Positions 1-9,304 are shown, numbered from the stretch's first letter. The stretch is 64,000 bases of DNA from Phycisphaerales bacterium (GCA_038247555.1 JBBRUT010000001.1:21704-85703), one strand, 5' to 3'. Translations and numbers: made by a program. Notes: a model not told the origin generated them from the sequence alone.

Positions 1-816
1 CTCTCCGAGCATGTGGATCGACACGCCCAAGAAACGTTCACAGACAGCGCGAAGACGCGCGTGGACGGCGGCGGCTTCGCCGGCTTGGCCGGCCTGATTC
101 ACCACGAGGCGCAAACGAGCAGCCTGCTCAGTTTGCCACTGACCGCTCTCTGCCAGAATGAGGCACTTCACCAGGGCGTAGGCGTCGGCGATAGAGGTGG
201 GCTCGGGGGTGGTCACTACGATGCCCATGTCCGCCGACTCAACGAGGCAGGTGACGCTTCGTCCGACGCCTGCGGCGGTGTCGACGACGAGCACATCGGC
301 ATCACGTTCGAGCTCGCCGACGATCTCCAGCAGGCGGTGCTGCTGGGTCGAGGTGAGATCAGCCATGCGCGAGACACCGGCCGCGCCGGGGAGGAGACGG
401 AAGCCGCCGGGCGCATCGATAAGGATGTCCGACGCGGATCGGCGGGCCCCGTCGTGCACTGGGATGGCGGTGATGACGTGATTGAGCCGCGCCGCGGGAT
501 TGAGCCCGCAAAGCACATCGACATTGGCGGTGCCAAGATCGGCATCGATGAGCACGACGCGGAGGCCCCGCTGGGCGAGGGCGATCGAGAGATTGACTGC
601 GAAGTTGGTCTTGCCCACGCCTCCTTTGCCGGAGGCGATGGCGATGACCTTTGCAAGTCCTGTCCGAGCGGGGGCTTGCGCATCCTCCGCGGGTGCAGGA
701 CGAGGCGAAGCGACGGCGGGCTCGCCGGTGGAAAGCTCGACCATCCGGCGCAAACGCGTGGCCTGATCATCGACTTTGGCGGCGGCCGCGGCAGCATGAT
801 CGAGTGCGTGCTGCAC
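1..816 (-). CDS. flhG: FlhG/FleN MinD-type flagellar ATPase (3' end beyond window edge)
   Basis: Absent from the ORF track because its stop lies left of base 1. Hand reverse-translation of 607-630 gives GKGGVGKT, a deviant Walker A (KVIAIASGKGGVGKTNFAVNLSIALAQRGLRVVLIDADLG). Bases 748-768 give DQATRLR, the N-terminal DQAxxLR FlhF-activating motif. Codons hand-translated at 541-861 and 1-18 contain no stop; the stretch between was read only approximately, so open-to-base-1 is not fully verified. Start uncertain: GTG 816 or TTG 861 (TTGA overlap with flhF stop). ATG 744 would delete the DQA motif. Confidence 0.8.
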   Translation of the reverse strand, partial: MQHALDHAAAAAAKVDDQATRLRRMVELSTGEPAVASPRPAPAEDAQAPARTGLAKVIAIASGKGGVGKTNFAVNLSIALAQRGLRVVLIDADLGTANVDVLCGLNPAARLNHVITAIPVHDGARRSASDILIDAPGGFRLLPGAAGVSRMADLTSTQQHRLLEIVGELERDADVLVVDTAAGVGRSVTCLVESADMGIVVTTPEPTSIADAYALVKCLILAESGQWQTEQAARLRLVVNQAGQAGEAAAVHARLRAVCERFLGVSIHMLGE

Positions 817-857
817 ATCGGTATCGAGTACGCCGAGATCGAAGTCGCTGGTGCTGT

Positions 858-2339
858 TCAAGCGGCACCTGCCGTGACGTTGCTTTCGCGGGCCGGGATC
901 GCATCGCCATCGGCGAGGCAGTTGTCGAGGATCATGCGCGCGAGACGGTCGGCTCGGCCCGGCTCGATGTGGTCTGGGACTTCCTGGCCGGTGGTGAAGA
1001 ACGAGAGCGGCAGGCCCTGACCGGGAGACATAAGCCCGGCCTGGGCGAGGCGGCGGAGCACGTTGGCGACGACACCGAAGTTCACCGCCTCATCGAGCTT
1101 GGTCAGGAGAATGCGGTTGGGCTTGACGCGGGCGAAAGCCTCGGCGGTCTGCACGAGCACCTCTTCACCGGAGGCGGTGGAAAGCACGAGGTGGGTTTCG
1201 TGCGGGCGGGCAGCATCGAGAAAGTGCTGGAGCTCGACGAGCCGTTCAGAGGCGTTCTGGCTGCGGCCGGCGGTGTCGATCAGCACAATATCGAACGACC
1301 GGAAGGACTCGACCGCCGCGGCCATCTCTGCGGGGGTGAGAACAACCTTGAGCGGGAGCCCGATGATGCTCGCGTAGGTGCGGAGCTGCTCGACAGCGGC
1401 GATGCGGTAGGTGTCGGAGGTGATGAGGCCGACAGAGCGGTTCTGGCGGAGCTTGTAGGTTGCGGCGAGCTTGGCGACCGTGGTGGTTTTGCCGACACCG
1501 GTTGGGCCGATCAGGGCGATGGTGTGCGGGCGACCATCGGCGGCCTGCCGCGGAGAGGTGATGCCCTCGGCGACTGGGATCATTGCGCTGAGGTGGCGAA
1601 GCACGGCGGAGCGAACGATCTGTTCATCGCCGAGTTCGCCGATCGAGAGCTCATCGCGGACGGCGGTGAAGATGACGTCGGCGATCTCACGGGAAACCTG
1701 CGATTCGAGGAGGCGGAGATAGTGGCGGAAGAGGGTCTCGGGCATGTTGGTCGCGGCGGGGGCGAGAGCGCCGACCGGGGCGGCCTGGAGGACCTGATTC
1801 ACAAGGAGCTTGATGTCCGCGAGTTCGCGGTAGAGATCGCTCTGGGCCTGAGGGGTCTGCGGAGCGAGAGCCGCAGCCGTGGCGAGCGAGCTGCCAGCGC
1901 GGCGGGCCCGGACCTGCATGGTGGTCGCGGGCGCGGCGGGCGGCTCCGGCGGACGCGGCGCGGGCTGGGCAACTGGAAGTGGCAGTGGCTGTGCTGCGGA
2001 TGCTGGCTCCGCGGGCGGGTAGGCCACGGAAGGAGCAAACGCGAGCGCAGGGCGCGACATGCGCTGATATGCGGCGGCCGCGGCGGGCGGAGAGACAAAT
2101 GTCGAAGGGGTCTGCTTTCGAGGAGCGGCCGCGGTCTGGGGTGTACGGCGCGGCCGGACGCTGGCTTGATCAGACGCGGTGATCTCGATGACTGAGCGTG
2201 CACGCCAGCCGAAGATGCCACCCACCCGTGTGGAGCGCGTGTGGAGAATAACGGCATCACTGCCCAAGTGACGCTTTACGAGCGCCAAGGCTTCGGCCAT
2301 GCTGGGTGCGCGGAATGTCCGGACGTCCATTGTCGCCAT
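858..2339 (-). CDS. flhF: Flagellar biosynthesis GTPase FlhF
   Basis: 493-aa ORF with ATG at 2339. N-terminal B-domain (MATMDVRTFRAPSMAEALALVKRHLGSDAVIL), a long Pro/Ala-rich linker, and SRP-type G1 motif GPTGVGKTTTVAKLAA. Sits between flhA and flhG. Confidence 0.9.
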   Translation of the reverse strand: MATMDVRTFRAPSMAEALALVKRHLGSDAVILHTRSTRVGGIFGWRARSVIEITASDQASVRPRRTPQTAAAPRKQTPSTFVSPPAAAAAYQRMSRPALAFAPSVAYPPAEPASAAQPLPLPVAQPAPRPPEPPAAPATTMQVRARRAGSSLATAAALAPQTPQAQSDLYRELADIKLLVNQVLQAAPVGALAPAATNMPETLFRHYLRLLESQVSREIADVIFTAVRDELSIGELGDEQIVRSAVLRHLSAMIPVAEGITSPRQAADGRPHTIALIGPTGVGKTTTVAKLAATYKLRQNRSVGLITSDTYRIAAVEQLRTYASIIGLPLKVVLTPAEMAAAVESFRSFDIVLIDTAGRSQNASERLVELQHFLDAARPHETHLVLSTASGEEVLVQTAEAFARVKPNRILLTKLDEAVNFGVVANVLRRLAQAGLMSPGQGLPLSFFTTGQEVPDHIEPGRADRLARMILDNCLADGDAIPARESNVTAGAA

Positions 2340-2355
2340 CCATGGCTGCGGAACT

Positions 2356-2374
2356 GGTGCGCATCCTGCGCACC
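2356..2374 (-). promoter_or_regulatory. Perfect 8-bp stem / 3-nt loop hairpin 16 nt upstream of the flhF ATG
   Basis: GGTGCGCA-NNN-TGCGCACC. No U-tract follows, so it is not a canonical terminator. It lies between the candidate promoter and the flhF start, which has no visible SD. Confidence 0.3.
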
Positions 2375-2390
2375 GGAGAAGTCAGACGTG

Positions 2391-2419
2391 ATTCTCGAGG
2401 CTATACCCTCAATCGTCAA
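2391..2419 (-). promoter_or_regulatory. Candidate sigma-70-type promoter in the flhA-flhF spacer
   Basis: The minus strand reads TTGACG-N17-GAGAAT (cgtcaa at 2414-2419, attctc at 2391-2396). Confidence 0.25.
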
Positions 2420-2460
2420 GAAGTGAATGTTTCGTGGACAAGTGGGGGATGAAAGTGAAA

Positions 2461-4731
2461 CTACGCGGCGTTTGCCACCTGCTGGCCGAGCGATGCAGCG
2501 ACTCCGGAAGGAACGCCGACCATCGCGACGGACTCGATCTCGACGCCGTTGACGATTTCGTTGTATCCGAGGACCGCGGCGTTCGGGAGGTGAGGCTCAA
2601 TCAACTGCCGGACAACGGCTCGGATCTGCGGAGAGGCGAGGAGCACGGGCTGATGCCCCTGGCCCACGAGTTGACCAATGGCCTTGAGCATCGCTTCGGA
2701 AACCTGATTGGAAACTCTTGCGGGCATGTTGAAGGACGTTGAGCCCGTGGAACGATCGACGTAGGCGTTGATGAGCTCCTGAAGATCGGGGTCGAGGGTG
2801 ATGCAGACGATGCGTCCGCCCATCCCCACAGCCCCCCCCGCACCACCGGCACCGCTTGCCCCCCCCACTGCCCCCTCTCCCGGCGCGGAGGCGGAACTGC
2901 CGGGGCTGAAAGCCTCGCCGAGATCGGAGGGAACAGCGTACAGCTGGCAGATGGTTCGGCGGAGAGCGTTGCGGGCGTACTCGGTGAGGACATCGAGATC
3001 TTTGGTTTTGGGCCCCCACTCGGCGAGGGTCTCGACGACCGATTCCACATCGCGGATGGGGACGCGTTCCTTCAGCAGGTTCTGGAGAACGCGCTGCAAC
3101 TCGCCCGGCTTGACAATGCTGGGGATGACCTCCTCGACGAGCTTCGGGGCCTTTTCCTTGAGGCCCGTGATGAGGTTGTTGACCTCTTCGCGGCTAAGGA
3201 GCTCGGCGGCGTGCTGCTTGACGACTTCGGTGAGATGGGTTGCCAGGACGCTGGTGGGATCAACAACGGTGTAGTTCATGGTCTCTGCCCGGACCCTGAG
3301 GGCGGGCTCGATCCACCATGCGTCGAGACCGAAGGCGGGCTCGCGCGTCTGCTCGCCCTGGATGGGGCCGGAGGCGATGCCGGAGTCCATGGCCATGAGC
3401 CTGCCGGGAATGGTCTGACCCTTGGCGACCACCGCACCCTTGATCTTGATGCGGTACTCGTGCACGGCGAGCTGCATGTTGTCGCGGATTCGTACGGGCG
3501 GGAGGATGAAGCCGAGTTCGACGGCGAGTTGGCGGCGGACGGCGGTGATGCGCTCAAGCAGGTCTCCGCCCTGGCCGGCATCGACGAGGCCGACGAGGCC
3601 GTACCCAACTTCAAGCTCAAGGGCATCGACCTTGAGGAGAGATTCAGGCGGCGGGCCATCGGGGGTGGCTTTGACCGTCGCGGCCTGTGCGGCCGCGGTG
3701 GTGGCGGCGAGCCGCTTGACGGTGCGGCCCATCCACCAGGCGGTGGTGGCGAGGACGAGAGCCATGCCCAGGAGTGGCGCCTTGGGCAGGGGCGTAACGG
3801 CGAGAACACAGAGAAAACCGGCAGTGAGCCAGAGTCCGATGGGCTTGGAGATGAGCTGGCTGGCGAGCTGCTCGCCGAGCTGCTGCTTGGAGCCGGAGCG
3901 TGTGACGATGAGGGCTGAAGCGATAGCGACGACGAAAGAGGGGATCTGGCTGGTGAGACCATCGCCGATGGTGAGGAGGGTGAAGACGCGGGCGGTTTGT
4001 CCGACGGGCCAGCCGCGTTCGATCATTCCGATGGCGAAGCCGCCCAGGACGTTGATGACGGTGATGATGATTCCGGCGATGGCGTCGCCGCGAACGAACT
4101 TGCTGGCACCGTCCATGGCGCCAAAGAAGTCGGCTTCCTGAGAGATGCGCTCTCGGCGAGTGCGGGCTTCCTGCTCGTTGATGCTGCCGGAGGAGAGATC
4201 AGCGTCGATGGCCATCTGCTTGCCGGGCATGGCATCGAGGGTGAATCGGGCGGCGACTTCGGAGATTCGGGTCGCGCCCTTGGTGATCACGACAAACTGA
4301 ACAATGAGCAGGATAAGAAAGATAACGATGCCGACGAAGAGGGAGTCTCCGGCGACGAAGTTGGCGAAGGCGGAGATGACATGGCCGGCGACACCGATGG
4401 CCTGATCTGGAGACGCTGCATCGGCTGTGAGGATGAGGCGGGTGGTGGCAATATTGAGCACGAGGCGGAAGAGGGTGAGGCCCAGGAGAAGTGAGGGGAA
4501 CACGCTGAACTCCAGCGGCTCCTCCATATAGATGGTGGTGAGGAGGACGATCACCGAGATCGAGATATTCAGGCAGATGAGGATGTCCATCAACCACGCC
4601 GGCATGGGCACGAGGATGACAATCATCAGCGAGATGAAGCCGAGCGGCACGATCAGCCCACGGTGCTTCGCGATGCGATCGGCGAGCGATCGCATCGGGC
4701 TTGAAGAGGGGTTGAGGGTTGCCTTGGCCAT
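2461..4731 (-). CDS. flhA: Flagellar export gate protein FlhA
   Basis: 756-aa ORF with ATG at 4731. FHIPEP-type N-terminal TM domain and C-terminal cytoplasmic domain. Follows flhB. Carries a Gly/Ala-rich insert (GGASGAGGAGGAVG) encoded by two G8 tracts. Confidence 0.95.
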   Translation of the reverse strand: MAKATLNPSSSPMRSLADRIAKHRGLIVPLGFISLMIVILVPMPAWLMDILICLNISISVIVLLTTIYMEEPLEFSVFPSLLLGLTLFRLVLNIATTRLILTADAASPDQAIGVAGHVISAFANFVAGDSLFVGIVIFLILLIVQFVVITKGATRISEVAARFTLDAMPGKQMAIDADLSSGSINEQEARTRRERISQEADFFGAMDGASKFVRGDAIAGIIITVINVLGGFAIGMIERGWPVGQTARVFTLLTIGDGLTSQIPSFVVAIASALIVTRSGSKQQLGEQLASQLISKPIGLWLTAGFLCVLAVTPLPKAPLLGMALVLATTAWWMGRTVKRLAATTAAAQAATVKATPDGPPPESLLKVDALELEVGYGLVGLVDAGQGGDLLERITAVRRQLAVELGFILPPVRIRDNMQLAVHEYRIKIKGAVVAKGQTIPGRLMAMDSGIASGPIQGEQTREPAFGLDAWWIEPALRVRAETMNYTVVDPTSVLATHLTEVVKQHAAELLSREEVNNLITGLKEKAPKLVEEVIPSIVKPGELQRVLQNLLKERVPIRDVESVVETLAEWGPKTKDLDVLTEYARNALRRTICQLYAVPSDLGEAFSPGSSASAPGEGAVGGASGAGGAGGAVGMGGRIVCITLDPDLQELINAYVDRSTGSTSFNMPARVSNQVSEAMLKAIGQLVGQGHQPVLLASPQIRAVVRQLIEPHLPNAAVLGYNEIVNGVEIESVAMVGVPSGVAASLGQQVANAA

Positions 4732-4760
4732 GGGTCTGCTGGGCGTGTTTGGTCAGGGGA

Positions 4761-5828
4761 TCAGGCGGCTTTGCCGGCGAGGCGGTAGACGAAGGCGAGG
4801 ACTTCGGCGACGGCTTCGTAGAACTGCGGTGAGACCTCGCGGCCGACATCAGCGCCGTGGTAGAGGGCGCGGGCAAGCGGGGGCTTCTCGATGATGGGTA
4901 TGCCGTGGGCGGAGGCGATCTGCCGGATGCGGAAGGCCAGTTCGTCGGCGCCCTTGGCGACGACCCGCGGGGCGGTCATGGACTTGCCGTCGTACTTGAG
5001 TGCTACGGAGTAGTGCGTGGGGTTGGTAACGATCACATCAGCGGTGGGGACCGATTGATGCATTCGCTGCATAAGCATTGAGCGAGCCATGCGGAGGCGA
5101 CGACCCTTGGTCTCCATGTCGCCCTCCATGGAACGGTGCTCATCCTTGACCTCCTGCTTGGTCATCTTCATGTCCTGGGTCTGCTGCCAGCGCTGGTAGA
5201 CCAGGTCGATGATGCCGAGGATGAACATGAGCGCGAGGAGCCATGCGGCGAGGGTGACGAGGATCTTGATGATGAGCATCGTCGCCGGAAGGACTTCGAG
5301 AAGGGGAAGCGCGACGGCTGCATCGAAATGGCTGCGGAGGAGGATGAAAGCGACAACAGTAGAGATGGCGAGCTTGATGGTGTTGACGACAGTTTTGAGC
5401 AGGCTGCGCTTGCTGATGATCCGCTTGACGCCGCTTATGGGATTAAGCTTGCTGAGCTGGGGCTTCAGCGGGTAGAGGGTGAGGAGCCAGCCGACCTGGA
5501 CGAACTGGGCAATCGCGGAGACGAGCATGATGATCAGGAGGAAGGGCGCGATGGCGAGGGCGGCCTGCGTCGCGGCCCAGGCGGTATAGTCGCCGAGTTC
5601 GGCCGCGAAGAGGCCGTGGCCGGATGTGCGTGCATCAAGGAGGTGACGGGTGATACCGGCCATGGTCCCGGCGAGGGGTGCGCCGAGGAAGAGAAGCAGC
5701 AGAAATCCGCCGGTCATATCGATCGCGGAGCCGAAGTCCTGGCTCTTGGCGACCTGGCCGCGGTTGCGGGTCTCGGACCTGCGCTTGGACGTTGGCTGTT
5801 CTGTCCGTTCGCCCATCTCCTCGGCCAT
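4761..5828 (-). CDS. flhB: Flagellar export switch protein FlhB
   Basis: 355 aa. N-terminus MAEEMGERTEQPTSKRRSETRNRGQVAKSQD, four TM segments, and the NPTH autocleavage motif (VIVTNPTHYSVALKY). Confidence 0.95.
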   Translation of the reverse strand: MAEEMGERTEQPTSKRRSETRNRGQVAKSQDFGSAIDMTGGFLLLLFLGAPLAGTMAGITRHLLDARTSGHGLFAAELGDYTAWAATQAALAIAPFLLIIMLVSAIAQFVQVGWLLTLYPLKPQLSKLNPISGVKRIISKRSLLKTVVNTIKLAISTVVAFILLRSHFDAAVALPLLEVLPATMLIIKILVTLAAWLLALMFILGIIDLVYQRWQQTQDMKMTKQEVKDEHRSMEGDMETKGRRLRMARSMLMQRMHQSVPTADVIVTNPTHYSVALKYDGKSMTAPRVVAKGADELAFRIRQIASAHGIPIIEKPPLARALYHGADVGREVSPQFYEAVAEVLAFVYRLAGKAA

Positions 5829-5831
5829 GGC

Positions 5832-6626
5832 TCAGTTCCCTCCCCGGACATTGCGTGACCAGTCCATCAGTGTGTTGAGGGTGGCGAAGATGTCGTCCCG
5901 CGCAAGCATCTCGATGGCGTGGACCGAACCGATGAGCGCGATCATGGCGACGATGATCTTGATGGCGAAGCCGATGGTCATGATGTTGAGCTGGGGCATG
6001 GTCTTCATGATGAACCCGGAGGCGATGGTCTCGGCGAGGACGATGCAGAGGACCGGTGCGGCGACGCGAAGACCGACAGCCATGCCGGAAGAGACCAGTC
6101 CGACGAGCAGGTCGAGCGGCGCATCCACCATGCGGAGCCCGCCGAGGGGGACGTTGGTGAAGGTGACGACGAGCGCGCCGAACATGATCTCCAGACCGCC
6201 GACCGAGATGAAGATGGCGAGCGCGAGAAAGAGAAGGAACTGGCCGATGACATCGCCTTCAACGTCGAGCGCGGGGTTGTAGACGCTCGCGAGACCGACA
6301 CCGATCTGGTGGCCGACGATCAGCCCGCCGAGCTGGATTGCGTACATGGGCAGGGCGGCGATGAGTCCGATGGTGATGCCGATGAGTGTTTCGGAGATGA
6401 CCGCCCAGCCGAGGGTGACGAGGTCAAGCTCGATGGGTGTCTGATTCTCCACCGGGATGGTCGGGTAGATCGCCACGGCGAAGACGAGGCAGAGCAAGGT
6501 ACGGATGCGGAGGGGGATCGCGGGGCTGCCGATCACCGGGGCAAAGACGAACACGCCCGAGAGCCGGAAGAGGCACATCAGGAACGGACCGGCGTGATCG
6601 AGGATGGGAGCGATGTGCGGGGACAT
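5832..6626 (-). CDS. fliR: Flagellar export apparatus protein FliR
   Basis: 264-aa polytopic membrane ORF with ATG at 6626, positioned between fliQ and flhB. Confidence 0.85.
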   Translation of the reverse strand: MSPHIAPILDHAGPFLMCLFRLSGVFVFAPVIGSPAIPLRIRTLLCLVFAVAIYPTIPVENQTPIELDLVTLGWAVISETLIGITIGLIAALPMYAIQLGGLIVGHQIGVGLASVYNPALDVEGDVIGQFLLFLALAIFISVGGLEIMFGALVVTFTNVPLGGLRMVDAPLDLLVGLVSSGMAVGLRVAAPVLCIVLAETIASGFIMKTMPQLNIMTIGFAIKIIVAMIALIGSVHAIEMLARDDIFATLNTLMDWSRNVRGGN

Positions 6627-6649
6627 GCGAAGCGAGAAGTGACTGCGGG

Positions 6650-6907
6650 CTACCAGTGCGTGAACATTTGGGCGGTGAACTCCATCAGTCGCTGCACGAT
6701 CCAGGGGATGAGCAGGACGGCGACGGCGAGCATCGCGAGGATCTTGGGAACGAAGGTGAGCGTCTGCTCCTGGATGCTGGTGATGGACTGGATGATGCTG
6801 ATGAACAGGCCCACGGCGACGCCCGCGGCGAGGATGGGCAGCGCGATCTTCATCGTGACGATGAGGGCATCGCGGACCAGATCGACAAGCTCTGCGTCGA
6901 TGTTCAT
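6650..6907 (-). CDS. fliQ: Flagellar export apparatus protein FliQ
   Basis: ATG at 6907 gives an 85-aa two-TM protein (MNIDAELVDLVRDALIVTMKIALPILAAGVAVGLFISIIQSITSIQEQTLTFVPK). The 137-aa track ORF is an upstream extension through the fliP-fliQ spacer. Confidence 0.85.
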   Translation of the reverse strand: MNIDAELVDLVRDALIVTMKIALPILAAGVAVGLFISIIQSITSIQEQTLTFVPKILAMLAVAVLLIPWIVQRLMEFTAQMFTHW

Positions 6908-6969
6908 GAGAAGGAGCCTGAGACCGAACGGGAGGGGCGTGGCGGTGATACGAGGATGAGGCAGTAGGA

Positions 6970-7896
6970 CTAGGTGACAGCCGCGATCAGTGAATGCGCG
7001 GTGAGCGCGACTGCATCGGGCTGGCGGAACGAAGTGAGGAGTGAACCGACCACCAGTTGCCACCCGTCGACGAGCACGAAGAGGAGCAGCTTGAAGGGGA
7101 GACTGATGAGCACGGGGGGGAGCATCATCATGCCCATGGAGATGAGCAGCGCGGCGATCACCATGTCGATGACCAAGAAGGGAAGGTAGACCTTGAAGCC
7201 GATCATGAAGGCGGCTTTGAGTTCGCTGAGCATGAACGCCGGGACAAGGGAGACCATATCGACGTCGTTGGTGGTCAGCTCTTCGGGGCGAGAGGTATCG
7301 ACTCCGCGGTAGTTGAGGACCATGTAGACACTGGACCAGTTGCCGGTCGCGTCGATCTGCGCGAACATGAAGTCACGCATGGGCTGGCGGGCGAGGGACC
7401 ATAGTTCGTCATAGTCTTGGACCTGGCCGCTGGAGTACGGCACGACGGCTTCTGCGTGGACACGCTCAAAGGTGGGCGACATCACGAGCAGGGTCATGAA
7501 CATCGCGAGGCCGACGATGACCTGCGGGGGCGGAAGCGACTGGGTGCCGATTGCCTGTTTGAGCAGCCCGAGCACGACGATGATGCGGATGAAGCACGTC
7601 GTCATGAGCAGGATGGACGGGGCGAGGGTGAGGACGGTGAGCAGGAGGATGATGTTGATCGAAGCGGACAGGCCGCCCTGTTCACCCGTGCCGGACCGTG
7701 AAGCGCGGCTTCCCACGCCGCCGACAAACTCGCTCGCGCCCGCGAGGACGCTGAGGGGATTGATGGACTCCAAGTCGAGCGGCTCGGTCGAAACGGCGGG
7801 TTGGGAACCGCCGGGCCCGTAGACCTCCTGCCCTTTGGCGACCGGAGCGAACATCAGCATCAGCAGGATGAAAATGGACGCGAGAAAAGATCTCAT
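6970..7896 (-). CDS. fliP: Flagellar export apparatus protein FliP
   Basis: 308 aa with a signal peptide (MRSFLASIFILLMLMFAPVAKGQ). Conserved FliP core (LLLTVLTLAPSILLMTTCFIRIIVVLGLLKQAIGTQSLPP). ATGA overlap with the upstream gene at 7893-7896. Confidence 0.9.
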   Translation of the reverse strand: MRSFLASIFILLMLMFAPVAKGQEVYGPGGSQPAVSTEPLDLESINPLSVLAGASEFVGGVGSRASRSGTGEQGGLSASINIILLLTVLTLAPSILLMTTCFIRIIVVLGLLKQAIGTQSLPPPQVIVGLAMFMTLLVMSPTFERVHAEAVVPYSSGQVQDYDELWSLARQPMRDFMFAQIDATGNWSSVYMVLNYRGVDTSRPEELTTNDVDMVSLVPAFMLSELKAAFMIGFKVYLPFLVIDMVIAALLISMGMMMLPPVLISLPFKLLLFVLVDGWQLVVGSLLTSFRQPDAVALTAHSLIAAVT

Positions 7897-8807
7897 TGAA
7901 CGCCTCCGCCGCGGAGCGCGGTGAGACGGGAACGCAGCGAACCGACCGGATCGGCGGTGTGGCGTTCGAAGTCGCGGAGATGCAGAGGGTCCTGTTCGCT
8001 GTCGAGAGAAGACTCGTCGAGCAGTTCGGTGCGGTCGCCGCCGGTACCGCGGCGGATGATCCGTCCGAACAGGCTGGGACGCGGTTCCTCGATGACGCCG
8101 TCGTGCTGCCGCTCAAAGCCTGCGAGCGCCTGACGGAAGGTCGTTCCGATGGAACGGCCCTCGGCCTCGTTGGCTTTGATCATGATGGAAGCGACATCAT
8201 CGGGATCGGAGATCTCACAGAGGGTGATGGGCAGAGGCGCTCCGCCGCGAACGCGGAGGCCAGGTGTGCCCTGGGCCAGAAGCAGGACGCGGCGATCGAC
8301 CTTCAGAAGGACGAGCGAAGTGCCGCGCGAGAGCGGGTACCTGCCGATGACCTCAAGGATGCCGGCGGGGCTGGGAGCTGCGCCCATGGCGCTGAGCGCG
8401 GTGCCGAAGCCGCCGCGGGATCGCATGAGGCGCTTGATGCCGGCTCCGAGCGCGAGGATCAGTCCGAGGACCATGCCCAGCGAGGCGAGCGTCTGGATCA
8501 GGGTCGTGGAGGAAGATGATGTTGAAGGGGAGGCGGCCGAGGGGGCAGAGTCGGGGCGGAGTACGGAGGTGCCGCCGCGAACGGCGCCGAGCGGGCGCGG
8601 GCGGAGGTCGCTTGACTGCGCGCGAGGCGCGGCGGGCGCTGGCGCGAGTTCGCTGCTGGTGATGGCGGAGTTGGGCGGGTCGACCAGTGTGCTCTGAGCA
8701 AACGCCGCGGCCGGCAGTGTGCAGAGGATCGCGGCCAGCGCGAGCACAGTGGGGCGCGCAAGTGCGCGGCGGATGGTGACCTGGTTGCGGGGTGTATGGC
8801 GCTGCAC
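7893..8807 (-). CDS. FliO/FliZ-like flagellar export accessory protein (long form)
   Basis: 304 aa with GTG start 8807 preceded by AGGAAGG. Signal/TM region, low-complexity linker, one TM (LASLGMVLGLILALGAGI), then a FliO-like segment (ILEVIGRYPLSRGTSLVLLKVDRRVLLLAQG). Occupies the position immediately upstream of fliP. Confidence 0.5.
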   Translation of the reverse strand: MQRHTPRNQVTIRRALARPTVLALAAILCTLPAAAFAQSTLVDPPNSAITSSELAPAPAAPRAQSSDLRPRPLGAVRGGTSVLRPDSAPSAASPSTSSSSTTLIQTLASLGMVLGLILALGAGIKRLMRSRGGFGTALSAMGAAPSPAGILEVIGRYPLSRGTSLVLLKVDRRVLLLAQGTPGLRVRGGAPLPITLCEISDPDDVASIMIKANEAEGRSIGTTFRQALAGFERQHDGVIEEPRPSLFGRIIRRGTGGDRTELLDESSLDSEQDPLHLRDFERHTADPVGSLRSRLTALRGGGVQ

Positions 8808-8872
8808 TGTGTGCCTTCCTGGCGTGCTGATCGGTGGACTCCGCCACCGGTGCGCAAGATCGGGGCTTGAAG

Positions 8873-9304
8873 TTACGGAGCCCCATCGCGCCCGACGGCC
8901 GCAACGATCTCGTTGATTCGGACACAGAAGTTGTCGTTGAGGACAAGCACCTCGCCGCGGGCGACACGGCGGTCGTTGACGAAGACATCAACGGGGTCGC
9001 CGGCGAGTTTGTCGAGTTCGACGACGGAGCCCTCTCCAAGACGGAGGACATCTTCGACGAGCATTCGCGTGCGGCCGAGTTCGATCTTGACGTGCAGGTT
9101 CACATCGGCGAGCAGATCGATGCCTTCGGGATTCGCGGCCGCGGCCTTGGGCGCGAAGTCGGGGAGATTGAGTGCGCTCGGGGGGGCCACGTTCTTTGAA
9201 CGCGCGGCAACTATTGCTGCCTCGGCAGCGGCGATCGGCTCGGCGGGCGGGGTTGCAACGCTCGCTGGATCCGGGGTAGTGGCTTGAGGCTGGGCTTCGT
9301 CCAT
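8873..9304 (-). CDS. fliN: Flagellar motor switch protein FliN
   Basis: ATG at 9304 preceded by AGGAGG. 143 aa with a C-terminal SpoA domain (IDLLADVNLHVKIELGRTRMLVEDVLRLGEGSVVELDKLAGDPVDVFVNDRRVARGEVLVLNDNFCVRINEIV). The 297-aa track ORF is an artefactual extension. Confidence 0.85.
   Translation of the reverse strand: MDEAQPQATTPDPASVATPPAEPIAAAEAAIVAARSKNVAPPSALNLPDFAPKAAAANPEGIDLLADVNLHVKIELGRTRMLVEDVLRLGEGSVVELDKLAGDPVDVFVNDRRVARGEVLVLNDNFCVRINEIVAAVGRDGAP

Noticed and set aside
13-1020. 335-aa plus-strand ORF (and 216-818 minus, 651-2195 plus) covering the left end of the window
   Set aside because: Their translations are Arg/Gly/Asp/Ala-rich with no motifs. The opposite or alternate frame encodes unmistakable FlhG (GKGGVGKT, DQAxxLR) and FlhF (GPTGVGKTT). 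These are GC-driven antisense or off-frame artefacts.
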